30,497 nucleotides of DNA from a virus. Taxonomy: Duplodnaviria > Caudoviricetes. Each line of letters starts with the position of its first letter. The first letter of the stretch is position 1. The stretch is from IMG/VR virus record IMGVR_UViG_3300030332_001526, positions 1-30,497 of that record. One strand, 5' to 3'. A model generated the notes under the pieces. The model saw only the letters and a program-made list of their open reading frames with translations. It made no database searches and had not been told where the DNA came from. Of the stretch, positions 1 to 9,456 are shown in pieces. Position numbers and translations under genes: made by a program.

Positions 1-1671
1 AAAATCATTATCAGCCATTGTGCCACCACCTGATGCTGGTATTTTTTGTAAAGATAAATATGCAGGACTTTCATTATCATTTGTGTTTTTAAGTGTTAAT
101 ATTTTTCCCCAACTTGTACTGGTTATAAAAGTTGATTGACCATTTGCAACTATTTCTCCAGCAAATGTGGTGTTATCTTGTATTTTAATCTCACCGCCAG
201 ATACTTCATTTTCTAAATAGATATGACTATCACCAGAACTTGCAAATCCAAAATAACCTAATCTAGTATCATTAGCGGATGCGAAATCCATAAATGGAAT
301 TGCACTTGCCCCATTAGCATCATCTCTTATCCTCATAGAAGCAGCAGATGTATCATTAAATACTTCTAATGGGATAGTAGCGTGTATACCTCCATTTATA
401 CCAACATTCCCAGAGAAGATAGTATTTCCTGAACCATCAATAGTTATTCTCTCAGATCCAGCTGTGTCTATCGCAAGTACATTTGAACCTTCCCATCTAA
501 TACCAGTATCACCATCAGAAGCACCAAAGATTCCCTGCATTGAAGCCGCAACTAATAACTTTGCTCCACTTAATGTTACATCACCAGTAAATGTAGCCCC
601 AGCTAATGCAGCGTAACTGCTAGTTGCCGCAGTCGCCATTGTTCCTAATCCAAGACTTGTTCTACCAGTTGCAGCAACTAATCCCACTGAAGTACCACTC
701 CATTTTATATCTGCATCGGAAGCTGCTATAGTTATATATTTATTAGCTGTATCAAATGTTATTGATATATTACTTCCTTCTACAAATCTTATTGCATCTT
801 CATGCTCTGTTGTCCACTGTTTTGTACCATTTCCATCATTAACATTCCAAGTGCTTTGAGCTGTAGGGACTGCCCAAACTGCTGTGCCAGATGCACCGCT
901 CCATTTTAAGAAATTACCAGCTTCACCACCTGAAGGTATATGTTTATTACCAGCGGATGTAGGATGTGTATAAACTGTATCATTGTCAGCGGCCCATACC
1001 GCTGTTCCACTAGAAGAATATTTTAAGAATTGACCAGAACTACCTCCAGTTGGCACATGCTTGTTACCAGCAGTCGTAGGATGAGTATATACAGTGTCAG
1101 GATTTTGAATAGTTATTACATAAGGATCACCAGTAGTTCCGCCACCAGTTAGATTTGTACCTGCTACACCTGTGGATGATACAAACTTTATAAATTTACC
1201 TTGAGATACGGTTTCAGCATCATCATCGTCATCTCTTACTACAAAGGTAGTTAATTGATTGGTATTAGTATTGGTAACTGAATTAGTAATAGTCACTACA
1301 CCGCCAGAGGAATAAGCTAGACTTATACCAGTTCCAGCTACTAAATCAAAATCATCTGTCGACCCTATAGTTGTTTTCTGTACTCCACCAACTAATAATT
1401 TCCAATTCTGATAATTATCAGCAGTCCCAATTAATTCCCATCTGCCATCCAAATCTTGAGTTACTTGAACATCATCATTTAAAGTTAATGTTAAAACACC
1501 AGTACTAGTATTGAAAGCTGCTTCATCTACGAAAGTATTAGCCGTAGACACAGATGCCCAAGATAATGTTCCACCTATTGTTGTGGATAAGAATTTAGAA
1601 TTAGCTATACCAGTTGACGATATATCGCTGGCTTCTAAACCTTTAGTTAACAGTTGTTTCCAGTTTGCCAT
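1..1671 (-). CDS. Tail fibre / receptor-binding protein, N-terminal 557 aa (runs off the window start; not in ORF track)
   Basis: Hand translation from ATG at 1671 (MANWKQLLTKGLEASDISSTG...); the segments I translated, including the last codons at position 1, are open in this frame. G/T/S/A-rich, with two tandem YTHPTxAGNKHxPxGG repeats typical of phage fibres. Confidence 0.85.
   Translation of the reverse strand, partial: MANWKQLLTKGLEASDISSTGIANSKFLSTTIGGTLSWASVSTANTFVDEAAFNTSTGVLTLTLNDDVQVTQDLDGRWELIGTADNYQNWKLLVGGVQKTTIGSTDDFDLVAGTGISLAYSSGGVVTITNSVTNTNTNQLTTFVVRDDDDDAETVSQGKFIKFVSSTGVAGTNLTGGGTTGDPYVITIQNPDTVYTHPTTAGNKHVPTGGSSGQFLKYSSSGTAVWAADNDTVYTHPTSAGNKHIPSGGEAGNFLKWSGASGTAVWAVPTAQSTWNVNDGNGTKQWTTEHEDAIRFVEGSNISITFDTANKYITIAASDADIKWSGTSVGLVAATGRTSLGLGTMATAATSSYAALAGATFTGDVTLSGAKLLVAASMQGIFGASDGDTGIRWEGSNVLAIDTAGSERITIDGSGNTIFSGNVGINGGIHATIPLEVFNDTSAASMRIRDDANGASAIPFMDFASANDTRLGYFGFASSGDSHIYLENEVSGGEIKIQDNTTFAGEIVANGQSTFITSTSWGKILTLKNTNDNESPAYLSLQKIPASGGGTMADNDF
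871..1098 (-). repeat. Two tandem ~38-aa repeats in the tail fibre
   Basis: DTVYTHPTTAGNKHVPTGGSSGQFLKYSSSGTAVWA and DTVYTHPTSAGNKHIPSGGEAGNFLKWSGASGTAVWA. Confidence 0.9.
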
Positions 1672-1811
1672 TATTCTTTTTTAGATAATCTCTCTACTTC
1701 TTTAGCGAGTTTATTAATGATTTTACCAACTGCTTCTCCGTCCCTTCCTTTTATATTTGCTTCTTTTAGGACTTCGCTCATAAACATAGCTTCTTCTATA
1801 TCAAGACGCAT
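1671..1811 (-). CDS. Small helical protein, 46 aa (below ORF-track cutoff); possible fibre assembly chaperone
   Basis: MRLDIEEAMFMSEVLKEANIKGRDGEAVGKIINKLAKEVERLSKKE; TAATG stop/start coupling to the fibre gene; fills the gap exactly. Confidence 0.75.
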   Translation of the reverse strand: MRLDIEEAMFMSEVLKEANIKGRDGEAVGKIINKLAKEVERLSKKE

Positions 1812-2040
1812 CTATTTCCAGTTCCAATAACTTCTGATGTATTGCAGTTACCTTTCCTATTGTCTTTGATGCTGGCATTATCTCAGAACCGTCATATGAA
1901 CATTGCAACATCTTCCTCAAGATAAATTCAGTATCTTGAACTGTTAATTTCTCGTTGCTTTTTAATTCACTCACCTTGTCCTTATGATCTAAATCACTAG
2001 GACTAACTACTTTAGCTTGTTTAGTGAAACTACTACTCAT
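1801..2040 (-). CDS. Small hypothetical protein in the tail module
   Basis: 79-aa ORF in the late operon; C-terminal half resembles the adjacent 46-aa protein. Confidence 0.7.
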   Translation of the reverse strand: MSSSFTKQAKVVSPSDLDHKDKVSELKSNEKLTVQDTEFILRKMLQCSYDGSEIMPASKTIGKVTAIHQKLLELEIDAS

Positions 2041-2063
2041 ATAGTCTGTCCATTATTCTAGCA

Positions 2064-2083
2064 TGTGGGGCGCATGCCCCACA
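2064..2083 (-). terminator. GC-rich hairpin after the 243-aa fibre gene (weak terminator or mRNA stabiliser)
   Basis: TGTGGGGC-GCAT-GCCCCACA, 8-bp perfect stem; no U tract. Confidence 0.45.
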
Positions 2084-2102
2084 CACTGCGATTAATTAGC
2101 TA

Positions 2103-2834
2103 TTAAGATACTACGTTATCTTTAACAGTACAGACATATAGATTTTTGTTTGTACTATCAAAATACAAAGCCCCTATACACGCTGCCTGCAATCCAGTTG
2201 TAGTAGAGCTTGAAGGAACTCCAGCCGCTATTCGCAGAGGTGCGATCTGATCAGTCATAGCCCCGTTAGCATCCACGGCTCTATCACTAGCTGCGTATGC
2301 TGTCATACGAAATGATTTTGCAGAATCATCCCAGAACACGGAAGGTTGATAGTTATTGTTATCGTATCCTCTATTTACCTTAAATCCGCCATCTGTAGCC
2401 AAATCACCTTGTGTACTAGTGTAACCAATATTACTGTTTAGTAGGATTTCATTATCCTCAATCAATACAGTTTCACTAATTTTAGAAGTTGTTGCACCAG
2501 AAACTGTTAAATTCCCAGTAACAGTCAAATCATTACCAATAGTCACTACATCAGATGCATCGCCAATTTGCACAGCATTGCTTCCAAAGCCACTCGCCAA
2601 CCTTGTTTTTAGGTTAGCAACAGTAACGTCTTCATCAGTGCCAGTGACTGTTATCGTATCATCTCCAGTAGTAAGCGCAACTGATCCAGCTCCAACAAAA
2701 GTTAGAGTATCGGTCTCACTGTCAGCTACTACAGATGTTGATCCTGTAACGGCTACTGTTTTAAAAACCTCTACATTCGAGTTCAGATAACTAGCATCAT
2801 CAGCAGTTGTCAGTACCTGTTTCCAAGTTGCCAT
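2103..2834 (-). CDS. Tail fibre/spike-like virion protein
   Basis: T/G/V-rich beta repeats (TIGNDLTVTGNLTVSG, IEDNEILLN, GGFKVNRG, VFWDD); SD AAGGAG; N-terminus MATWKQVLT shared with the long fibre. Confidence 0.75.
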   Translation of the reverse strand: MATWKQVLTTADDASYLNSNVEVFKTVAVTGSTSVVADSETDTLTFVGAGSVALTTGDDTITVTGTDEDVTVANLKTRLASGFGSNAVQIGDASDVVTIGNDLTVTGNLTVSGATTSKISETVLIEDNEILLNSNIGYTSTQGDLATDGGFKVNRGYDNNNYQPSVFWDDSAKSFRMTAYAASDRAVDANGAMTDQIAPLRIAAGVPSSSTTTGLQAACIGALYFDSTNKNLYVCTVKDNVVS

Positions 2835-2849
2835 CTTATTCTCCTTTTA

Positions 2850-3362
2850 TTATTCTTTTCCAAAGTACAAATTTGTACCGTCACTATACAGGCCATTAGC
2901 CACCGCACTCGGTGCTGATGCCTGATCTTTTAAAGTTAATACACCGTCATATCTTATAGCAAAACTGGTCGTTGTATCATTTTTAAATTCTGCTAGATTT
3001 CCACTACTCACTGCTGAGTCTGATGTAAATCTAAAATAATCTCCATCTAATTCTTCTCCACTAGCAGCTACTGATGCCCAAGAAGATGATCCTCGTAGCT
3101 TCAATTTTGATGCTGTTGAATCATACCATAAGTCACCTTGATTAACTCCAACTGTTGGAGCTGATGCACGCTGGTAAAATCTTGTAGCAAGTTCTGCTAA
3201 TGCACTTTGAACTGTAGTTTGAGTTAAATGAGTAAGACTTTTATCCCAACTTTGAGCAGATGCAGACGTTGCTCTTCCACCGACTGCTACAGCTTTAGCA
3301 GTTTGCCCAGATATTTCAACTGATCTTGGAGTATTACTGCCAACTGTTACATTTATAGCCAT
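2850..3362 (-). CDS. Tail-associated virion protein
   Basis: SAPT..NQGDLWYDS motif typical of fibre modules; position in tail cluster. Confidence 0.65.
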   Translation of the reverse strand: MAINVTVGSNTPRSVEISGQTAKAVAVGGRATSASAQSWDKSLTHLTQTTVQSALAELATRFYQRASAPTVGVNQGDLWYDSTASKLKLRGSSSWASVAASGEELDGDYFRFTSDSAVSSGNLAEFKNDTTTSFAIRYDGVLTLKDQASAPSAVANGLYSDGTNLYFGKE

Positions 3363-3363
3363 A

Positions 3364-3699
3364 CTATACGCTCACTGAGTCTATTACTGTCATTCTACCC
3401 GTCATTAATTTTTCAGTATCACTGCTTAATGTTTTCATAATATCCCAATAGTACACGCCTTCAGTTAAGGCTAAGGTTTGAGTATCTGTTAGCTTTAACT
3501 GTATTCTTCCATTTGCCAAGGTTGAACCGCTAGTATCAAATGATATAGCTGTAGATGTTGAATTGGGTTCTGTTCTTAACTTTGCTACAATAGTAGAGGT
3601 TGATAAATCCAATGCATCTCCAGCGGTATCTGTAAAATCAAAATCAGACAAGAAGTCTGTTCCTCTGTGAATGGTTAAATCTACATGTCCAACGGCCAT
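3364..3699 (-). CDS. Beta-sandwich tail/fibre attachment protein (BppU-like)
   Basis: DLTIHRGTDF..LDLS...GRIQLKLTDTQT.L...YYWDI...L.TG pattern common upstream of fibre genes. Confidence 0.65.
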   Translation of the reverse strand: MAVGHVDLTIHRGTDFLSDFDFTDTAGDALDLSTSTIVAKLRTEPNSTSTAISFDTSGSTLANGRIQLKLTDTQTLALTEGVYYWDIMKTLSSDTEKLMTGRMTVIDSVSV

Positions 3700-4016
3700 T
3701 AGAAGTCGTATCCTCTAATTTCAAATGCTGATCCAGTTTTAGCTGTATTAGATTCAACCTTAGCCTTCTTTATAGCATCTTGATATTCCATCTTATAGTA
3801 TCCAGCTGTATTGTAATCCTGTTTAGCGGCAGCAAGCCTTTCTACTACTTTACCAACAATGCCTTCGTGATATTGAGAAGGTATATCAGCAATGCTTTCA
3901 GTGCTTTTACTGTAATATATACGTATCGTATCTCCTGCTGTTGATAGAGTAGTGAATGTTGATCCAGATAATTCAGCTACAGCTAATTTGTCGTCTCGTA
4001 ACCACCAAACTTTCAT
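3699..4016 (-). CDS. Head-tail adaptor-like protein
   Basis: IRIYYSK...DIPSQYHEGIV motif resembling podoviral adaptor C-termini; TAATG coupling on both sides. Confidence 0.55.
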   Translation of the reverse strand: MKVWWLRDDKLAVAELSGSTFTTLSTAGDTIRIYYSKSTESIADIPSQYHEGIVGKVVERLAAAKQDYNTAGYYKMEYQDAIKKAKVESNTAKTGSAFEIRGYDF

Positions 4017-4318
4017 TATACAGCCTCCGATAAATCTTCTTCTTCAGGCTCTCCAGCTAAATAGTCAACCCATTTATTGTTATAGTCGACTCTATCAATT
4101 TTAATAACATCATCATTTGATGCAATAGCGTCACTGGTGAATCCAGTTAAGGGATAATATCTAACATTTGCCTGAGTAGTCTCTGTGGATTTAGCTCTTA
4201 CTATTTGAGTTTCTATACTAAAATTTTTGACAGCTGACTTTAGTAAGATCAATAACTTTGGATTAGGTTCACTTGGAAATAATTCTTTAATACGTTCAAT
4301 AGCCTGTGCTTCGGTCAT
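4016..4318 (-). CDS. Head-tail adaptor-like protein
   Basis: Helical N-terminus then T..NVRYYPL...VIKIDRVDYN, resembling adaptor N-terminal halves; translationally coupled. Confidence 0.5.
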   Translation of the reverse strand: MTEAQAIERIKELFPSEPNPKLLILLKSAVKNFSIETQIVRAKSTETTQANVRYYPLTGFTSDAIASNDDVIKIDRVDYNNKWVDYLAGEPEEEDLSEAV

Positions 4319-4983
4319 GGTGTTGCAGTTCCTTGCATAAGTATTTGTAATTCTTGTTGATATGAGGCTTGCAAGGCTTGCATTTCTGCTTGCATAGTCT
4401 GTATCTCGAGCATTACGCCTTGCGCCAGTTCTAAGTCTTCTTCTGTCTCAGTATAAAATCTTAACTTAACTCTCCTATCGGCTATCTGTCGAATCCTTGC
4501 TCTGATAGCAGCACCTAGTACAACTATAGTTTCAAATTCAGTTGGGAAATATGCAATAGCTGTTTGATCATAGTCCACTAATGGAGATTCAATATAATGA
4601 AGAACTCCTGCACGTTCTTGGGCATCGTATACAACATATATACTACCACCTTTTACATAGAACACAGGGTCTTCTCCATCGCTATAATGTATAGAAGTAC
4701 TGCTTTTCGCCTGTGCCACTGTACCATTTGGTATTTTCCTGCATGGACGATCATTCCCAGTTACCTCTACTATTCTTTTTCCAGCCAAAGTAAGTCCAGT
4801 TGTAGGAACGGCAGCAGGGGCTGGGGTAAACATTTCTAATCTTGATAATGGCACTGCTTCAAATATCTCTCTAGCTGATGCGGTTAACCATTCGCTCATT
4901 GCTGTCAACCAATCCTCTAGAGCAGTATTGGTATCACGTGGCCCAATGTAATCTTCAACTCTGTTATGTAATGTAGTCGCCAT
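4315..4983 (-). CDS. Head-tail adaptor / tail tubular protein
   Basis: Directly after the capsid gene; SD AGGAG; WLT...REI, DPVFYVKGGSIYV, FPTEFETIVVLGA motifs; C-terminal coiled coil. Confidence 0.6.
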   Translation of the reverse strand: MATTLHNRVEDYIGPRDTNTALEDWLTAMSEWLTASAREIFEAVPLSRLEMFTPAPAAVPTTGLTLAGKRIVEVTGNDRPCRKIPNGTVAQAKSSTSIHYSDGEDPVFYVKGGSIYVVYDAQERAGVLHYIESPLVDYDQTAIAYFPTEFETIVVLGAAIRARIRQIADRRVKLRFYTETEEDLELAQGVMLEIQTMQAEMQALQASYQQELQILMQGTATP

Positions 4984-4996
4984 ATTTCTCCTAACA

Positions 4997-5024
4997 GAGG
5001 GAGGTGACAGAAGTCACCCCCCTC
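4997..5024 (-). terminator. Hairpin downstream of the capsid gene (attenuator or stabiliser)
   Basis: On the - strand GAGGGGGGUGAC-UUCU-GUCACCUCCCUC, 12 bp with one GU; no U tract. Confidence 0.55.
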
Positions 5025-5031
5025 AACCGTA

Positions 5032-6309
5032 TTAAGACATTGAGAACAATTTGTGTGACTCGATTAGACTTACGCCTATACCTTCATCAGACATATATTG
5101 ATCTTTTACGCCATCGTAAGCATTATCAGTCTTGATATTAGCCTGATACTTGGGGGCACGATACTGTGCAAGAAACAGATTTTCATCTGAGACCACAAGC
5201 ATCTTTTCGTTATACGGCCCACGCATAACTGGAGTAGGAATCAACTGCAGGTTGCCATGAGGAGTTTCTAAGGTTCTATAATTAAAACCTAAAGAATCAC
5301 GCTTCATATCACCAAGGTTGACTGTCCATCCAGAATTAGCACTAAATGATTCAGAACCACCTAGTTTAGACCAATAACTCAAAGCACCACCGCCACAAAA
5401 GGCACGTTTTGAACCAGATTCAGGAACATATTGGAAAACCTTTTCCATGTCATCTACAAAACTGCCATAATCATAGCTACTTTTTGTAATTGCAAATATG
5501 TTCTGATCATCGCCAGAAGAAGCACCATGCTTTTCAATAGCAGGGATAATTCCCATTGTACTGCGAACAACCTTGCCAGCAGCATCTGTTAAAGAGCCAT
5601 CAGCAAAACCTGCGTTTAGATTAATGGGGGAACGTCCAAATAAGAACGCTCTTTCCTTCTGAACTTTATGTTCTTGTGATTTTTGTGTGCGTAAACGAGC
5701 AAGCTCGTTGCTTTCGCCACGTAATGCAGCCGCATACAATGTGCCAGTTACCTCTACAGGTGTTTTGAAAATCTGGGCTTGATTGTATACAACCGATATT
5801 TCATCCGCCCAAGCTTCTGGGGCTTCAGTTCCTTCACCGTGAGCATTGCCAACAACAATAAGAACATCCTCTGCGTCTATATCGACGGGGTCATCGCCCA
5901 TGTTCTTAAATGAAACAGCACCCGAAGCAACAGCCGTTATTAATACAACGCCTCTTTTAACTGTTAGTGCAGGATTCCACACTTCGCATTGATAGCCAAT
6001 GTAACTTGAATCAGCTGGGTCTACTAGACCAGAGATTGTTTTAATATCCATTGGGTCAGAAGCAGTATCACCTGCAGCAAGAGCAGTCATGTCCTCATTG
6101 CAAACAAACTGTTGTTTTTGCCAAGGGTTGCGATGCTCAAACATTTTATATTGAGGATCAGCAAGCCCTGAACGGGTCTCACGATTAGAAATAACGGTAG
6201 TAAAGGGGGACACATCAGTCCATAGTTCTTTTACGACTTGAGGACTGATGTAAAAATCCCTTCGATCTTCATATAAGACACCACTGTTGCCTAATATTTT
6301 TGCCGCCAT
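5032..6309 (-). CDS. Major capsid protein (DUF5309 / SU10-like HK97 fold)
   Basis: SPF near the N-terminus, NQAQIFKTPVEVTGT, EHKVQKERAFLFG, STMGII, ETPHGNLQLIPTP; follows portal and scaffold. Confidence 0.9.
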   Translation of the reverse strand: MAAKILGNSGVLYEDRRDFYISPQVVKELWTDVSPFTTVISNRETRSGLADPQYKMFEHRNPWQKQQFVCNEDMTALAAGDTASDPMDIKTISGLVDPADSSYIGYQCEVWNPALTVKRGVVLITAVASGAVSFKNMGDDPVDIDAEDVLIVVGNAHGEGTEAPEAWADEISVVYNQAQIFKTPVEVTGTLYAAALRGESNELARLRTQKSQEHKVQKERAFLFGRSPINLNAGFADGSLTDAAGKVVRSTMGIIPAIEKHGASSGDDQNIFAITKSSYDYGSFVDDMEKVFQYVPESGSKRAFCGGGALSYWSKLGGSESFSANSGWTVNLGDMKRDSLGFNYRTLETPHGNLQLIPTPVMRGPYNEKMLVVSDENLFLAQYRAPKYQANIKTDNAYDGVKDQYMSDEGIGVSLIESHKLFSMS

Positions 6310-6311
6310 TT

Positions 6312-7205
6312 TTATCTCCTTTTATTAGAGAGCAAACCAGCGTTGAATACGTCCTGTTCGGACATTGGCGGAGGAGTTTCACCAGTTTCTACCGTAGTAG
6401 TTCTTGGTATTTTTAAACGCTCCTGTTGAGCTTTCATCTCTTGCGCCTTATTCTGTATTCTAGCTTGCTCAGGATTTGGAGAGTGAGTCGCATCATATAC
6501 CTTGGCTAATATATCCATATTGACATTTTCTGGATTCATGGCCCAATCAACAAATTTGCTAGACTTTTGATTATCCCAGCCATAATTGTTATGAACGTGA
6601 TCATAAGCACCACGCATAACCATTTGCTGTTCTTGTTTAGCTATCTGTTGTCTGGACTGTTCCTGCCTTGCTGTATCAGCACTGCGTAGATAATCCATCA
6701 TATTGTCTTGATATTGATCTTTAGCCGTTCTGTATCTGAATGACTCACTATCGGGATCATTAAATGCATCGACCTCATTGTAGTTTGTTGGACGTTGTGG
6801 TTGCGTTGGCTCCTTCGCTGGGTCAAACTGATTTCCTTGCGGTGAACCATTTTGATCTTCAGCGGAGAACGATTGCTGCATTGAACCAAGAACGCTTTTA
6901 ATTTCATTTACTTCTTGTCTCAATGCATTATTTTCATTCGTGACCTTATCCGTTTTACTTTGCCAATATTCCATACGTTGAGGGTCGTCTTTAGCTGGAG
7001 TTTGTTCAACTGGAACTCCTTCAGTGCTGACTTCTTGGTCAGGCTGAGCTGTTTCAGCTGATTCTTCGGGGATTGTGTCACTAGTACCCAAGTCGATATA
7101 TTCGACTTCTCCAGCTTGGTCACTTACTGTACCGATAACATCTGGTACAGTCTCTTCAACCGCTACTGGGTTCTGCACAGCATCCCCTGTGTATTCTTCA
7201 CTCAT
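6312..7205 (-). CDS. Capsid scaffolding protein
   Basis: Acidic disordered N-terminus, YWQSKTDK coiled coil, Q-rich; between portal and capsid. Confidence 0.75.
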   Translation of the reverse strand: MSEEYTGDAVQNPVAVEETVPDVIGTVSDQAGEVEYIDLGTSDTIPEESAETAQPDQEVSTEGVPVEQTPAKDDPQRMEYWQSKTDKVTNENNALRQEVNEIKSVLGSMQQSFSAEDQNGSPQGNQFDPAKEPTQPQRPTNYNEVDAFNDPDSESFRYRTAKDQYQDNMMDYLRSADTARQEQSRQQIAKQEQQMVMRGAYDHVHNNYGWDNQKSSKFVDWAMNPENVNMDILAKVYDATHSPNPEQARIQNKAQEMKAQQERLKIPRTTTVETGETPPPMSEQDVFNAGLLSNKRR

Positions 7206-7208
7206 TTT

Positions 7209-9392
7209 CTATCCTTTCCCTACGCTGTTCGATTGTTTTTCAACCTCGGCAACAGCATTACGGAGTTTCTTTAATTCGTCTTCTGTCCGTGTTTTATATA
7301 GCGAACTCGCCATATCTGCCTTAGTAGAAGACTTCTTGAGATTTGATTTAAATTTTTCTAATTCTGCTTTTTCCCTAGCATGGACAACTTCTCTTCTAGC
7401 GGTTTGGAGATCACCTTCAAGGTCTTTAACCTGATCACCTAACTGCTCAATCTGCCCCTGCATCTTAGCAAGCTGACCGTGACGATTTAATACGCCTTCT
7501 GTGTCAGCTACGTCAGTTTGTTTTAATACTTCAACAGCATCTATAATGCCTTTTTCATATAATTGCATATAATACTCAAACCTTGCCCACCTATTTGATG
7601 GCAGCGTTGAGCCAGAAACCACCACTATATCATACCTACCTACAGTTATATCGTTTATTTTTTCTATTAGTTCTCCAGTAAGTGAATCATATATTGGTTG
7701 GTTAATCTTCATTTCCTTGGCTGCATTATTGGGCTGTAATAAACGAATTATCTTTTGACCAGTGAATACATGCTGTATTAATTGCACTATAACCTTAGCT
7801 AACTGGTTTAAGCCAGATTCAATATCGTCTTTTTTACTGCGTATTCGTCTTTGGCCGTATTCATCTAGGGCTATTGTTCCCTTGTATGTTTGAGGCGCAG
7901 CTGAAGAATCACCCTGCATCATTGCATATATTCCTAATATTCTTTCAATATCAGCTTTTGCATCGGCTTCGTTCTTGTATAGCTCATTAGGGAGAGGTAT
8001 TGGAGAGGCAACTATAGGCGATCCAAGTTCAGGGTCGAATTCTATAACTCCAGTGCCAGCTTTTGCCCAAGTCTCTTCTATATCTTTTTTATTAACAGAC
8101 CCACGTGGTATTAATAGCTTAACATTTGTAGATGATGATGCATGAGCAACGATTAGCGATCTAATCTTATTAATATATTCCTGTAAGCCCCTTACCAGCC
8201 TTACATCGCTCATGGGGTAGGGATTGCGATTATGAACATTCATAAATGTTACTAATGGATAATGTTCAACTGGCATAATATTGGTGTACATCTTCTCGCC
8301 ACCAACTGAGCAGCATTGCTTAACGTGGTCGATTGTTATATTGTTTACTAAAATTTCTCCACGTTCTACAAAGGCCTTTATAGTAGTCTTTTCCATGATA
8401 ACTGTAGAATTTGGTATAGATGAGTCATTCTCCATGCCTTTTGCCATTTCAGGCTGACCCGTAGACATATTCATTTCCTGATGATAGATTCCCCCAGTTT
8501 CTTGATATATCTTCATCGCTTGTTCGACTTCTTTTTCTTCTGTAACAGCGGTCTCGCTTAAGTCTTGGTTCGTAATAAGAAAAGCAGGTTGGCGTAGATA
8601 TTCTTCAAATTCTTTCTTCTTCATAATTTTTTCTTTACCACTATGCTGATCAAAGACCCTCATGTAAGGAACTCTGATCTTAGTGTAACGCTCAATTACC
8701 TCTAAGCGTCTGTCGTATTTAGATTCCCTGTCGCCAGTAGAACCAACCTGCTGATCTTCTAAGCCATGACGTATCTCATAAACATCATCGCTTATTTTCT
8801 GCTCTGAAGCAGCCTTGATAGCATCGGTATACTGAGGATATGCATGAAGTAAATGTGATTCTGTATAAATCTTTGCAAAAATTATATGACTAGCATCATT
8901 GCAAAATGGGTCTTTTGTATTTGGGTCTATATATAAATTAAGTGGATCAACTGCTTTAATAAGAACTTCGCCCTTACCATAATCTGCATTAGGGTCGGTA
9001 TAAGCCATCATACAACCCATACCTTTTACATAATAATCATCTATAGCTTGCTTTAATTCAACATTACCTCTGGATTGATCCCAGACGTAGGACATTAGGT
9101 CAGAGAAGACCCTACCAGTTTTAACATCGCTGTCTTCTCTAGCTGATGATTGAAATCTTGGTTGATTAGCTGTAAGCATTGCCTTTGCTTGCTCAACAGC
9201 TGGATGGATAGCATTTACTACGAGAGGCTCTTGCGCTCTATTTCGTAGGGATGTAACCTGTTCCTTAGTCCATTGCTTACCGTTTCTAAACTCATCGTCT
9301 TCCTGAGCTTGTTTAGCCCAAGAGTCACGATAACCCTTAAATTCGGTTAGTAATTCCTCGGATTTGGTTACTTCAGGTTGTTTTTCTGCCAT
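7209..9392 (-). CDS. Portal protein (P22-like)
   Basis: 727 aa; F.NGKQW, PLVVNAIHPAV, VDPLNLYIDP, LQEYINK, NDITVGRYDIVV motifs; C-terminal coiled-coil barrel. Confidence 0.92.
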   Translation of the reverse strand: MAEKQPEVTKSEELLTEFKGYRDSWAKQAQEDDEFRNGKQWTKEQVTSLRNRAQEPLVVNAIHPAVEQAKAMLTANQPRFQSSAREDSDVKTGRVFSDLMSYVWDQSRGNVELKQAIDDYYVKGMGCMMAYTDPNADYGKGEVLIKAVDPLNLYIDPNTKDPFCNDASHIIFAKIYTESHLLHAYPQYTDAIKAASEQKISDDVYEIRHGLEDQQVGSTGDRESKYDRRLEVIERYTKIRVPYMRVFDQHSGKEKIMKKKEFEEYLRQPAFLITNQDLSETAVTEEKEVEQAMKIYQETGGIYHQEMNMSTGQPEMAKGMENDSSIPNSTVIMEKTTIKAFVERGEILVNNITIDHVKQCCSVGGEKMYTNIMPVEHYPLVTFMNVHNRNPYPMSDVRLVRGLQEYINKIRSLIVAHASSSTNVKLLIPRGSVNKKDIEETWAKAGTGVIEFDPELGSPIVASPIPLPNELYKNEADAKADIERILGIYAMMQGDSSAAPQTYKGTIALDEYGQRRIRSKKDDIESGLNQLAKVIVQLIQHVFTGQKIIRLLQPNNAAKEMKINQPIYDSLTGELIEKINDITVGRYDIVVVSGSTLPSNRWARFEYYMQLYEKGIIDAVEVLKQTDVADTEGVLNRHGQLAKMQGQIEQLGDQVKDLEGDLQTARREVVHAREKAELEKFKSNLKKSSTKADMASSLYKTRTEDELKKLRNAVAEVEKQSNSVGKG

Positions 9393-9456
9393 TCAAGCGT
9401 TACTTTAGCCAAAGTACAATAAACCATGGGTTGTACGCAAGTTACACCAAATAGTT

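Noticed and set aside
4989-5003. Promoter motif copy on the - strand (CTCCCTCTGTTAGGA)
   Set aside because: The 3' half does not fit the consensus and it is the arm of the post-capsid hairpin.
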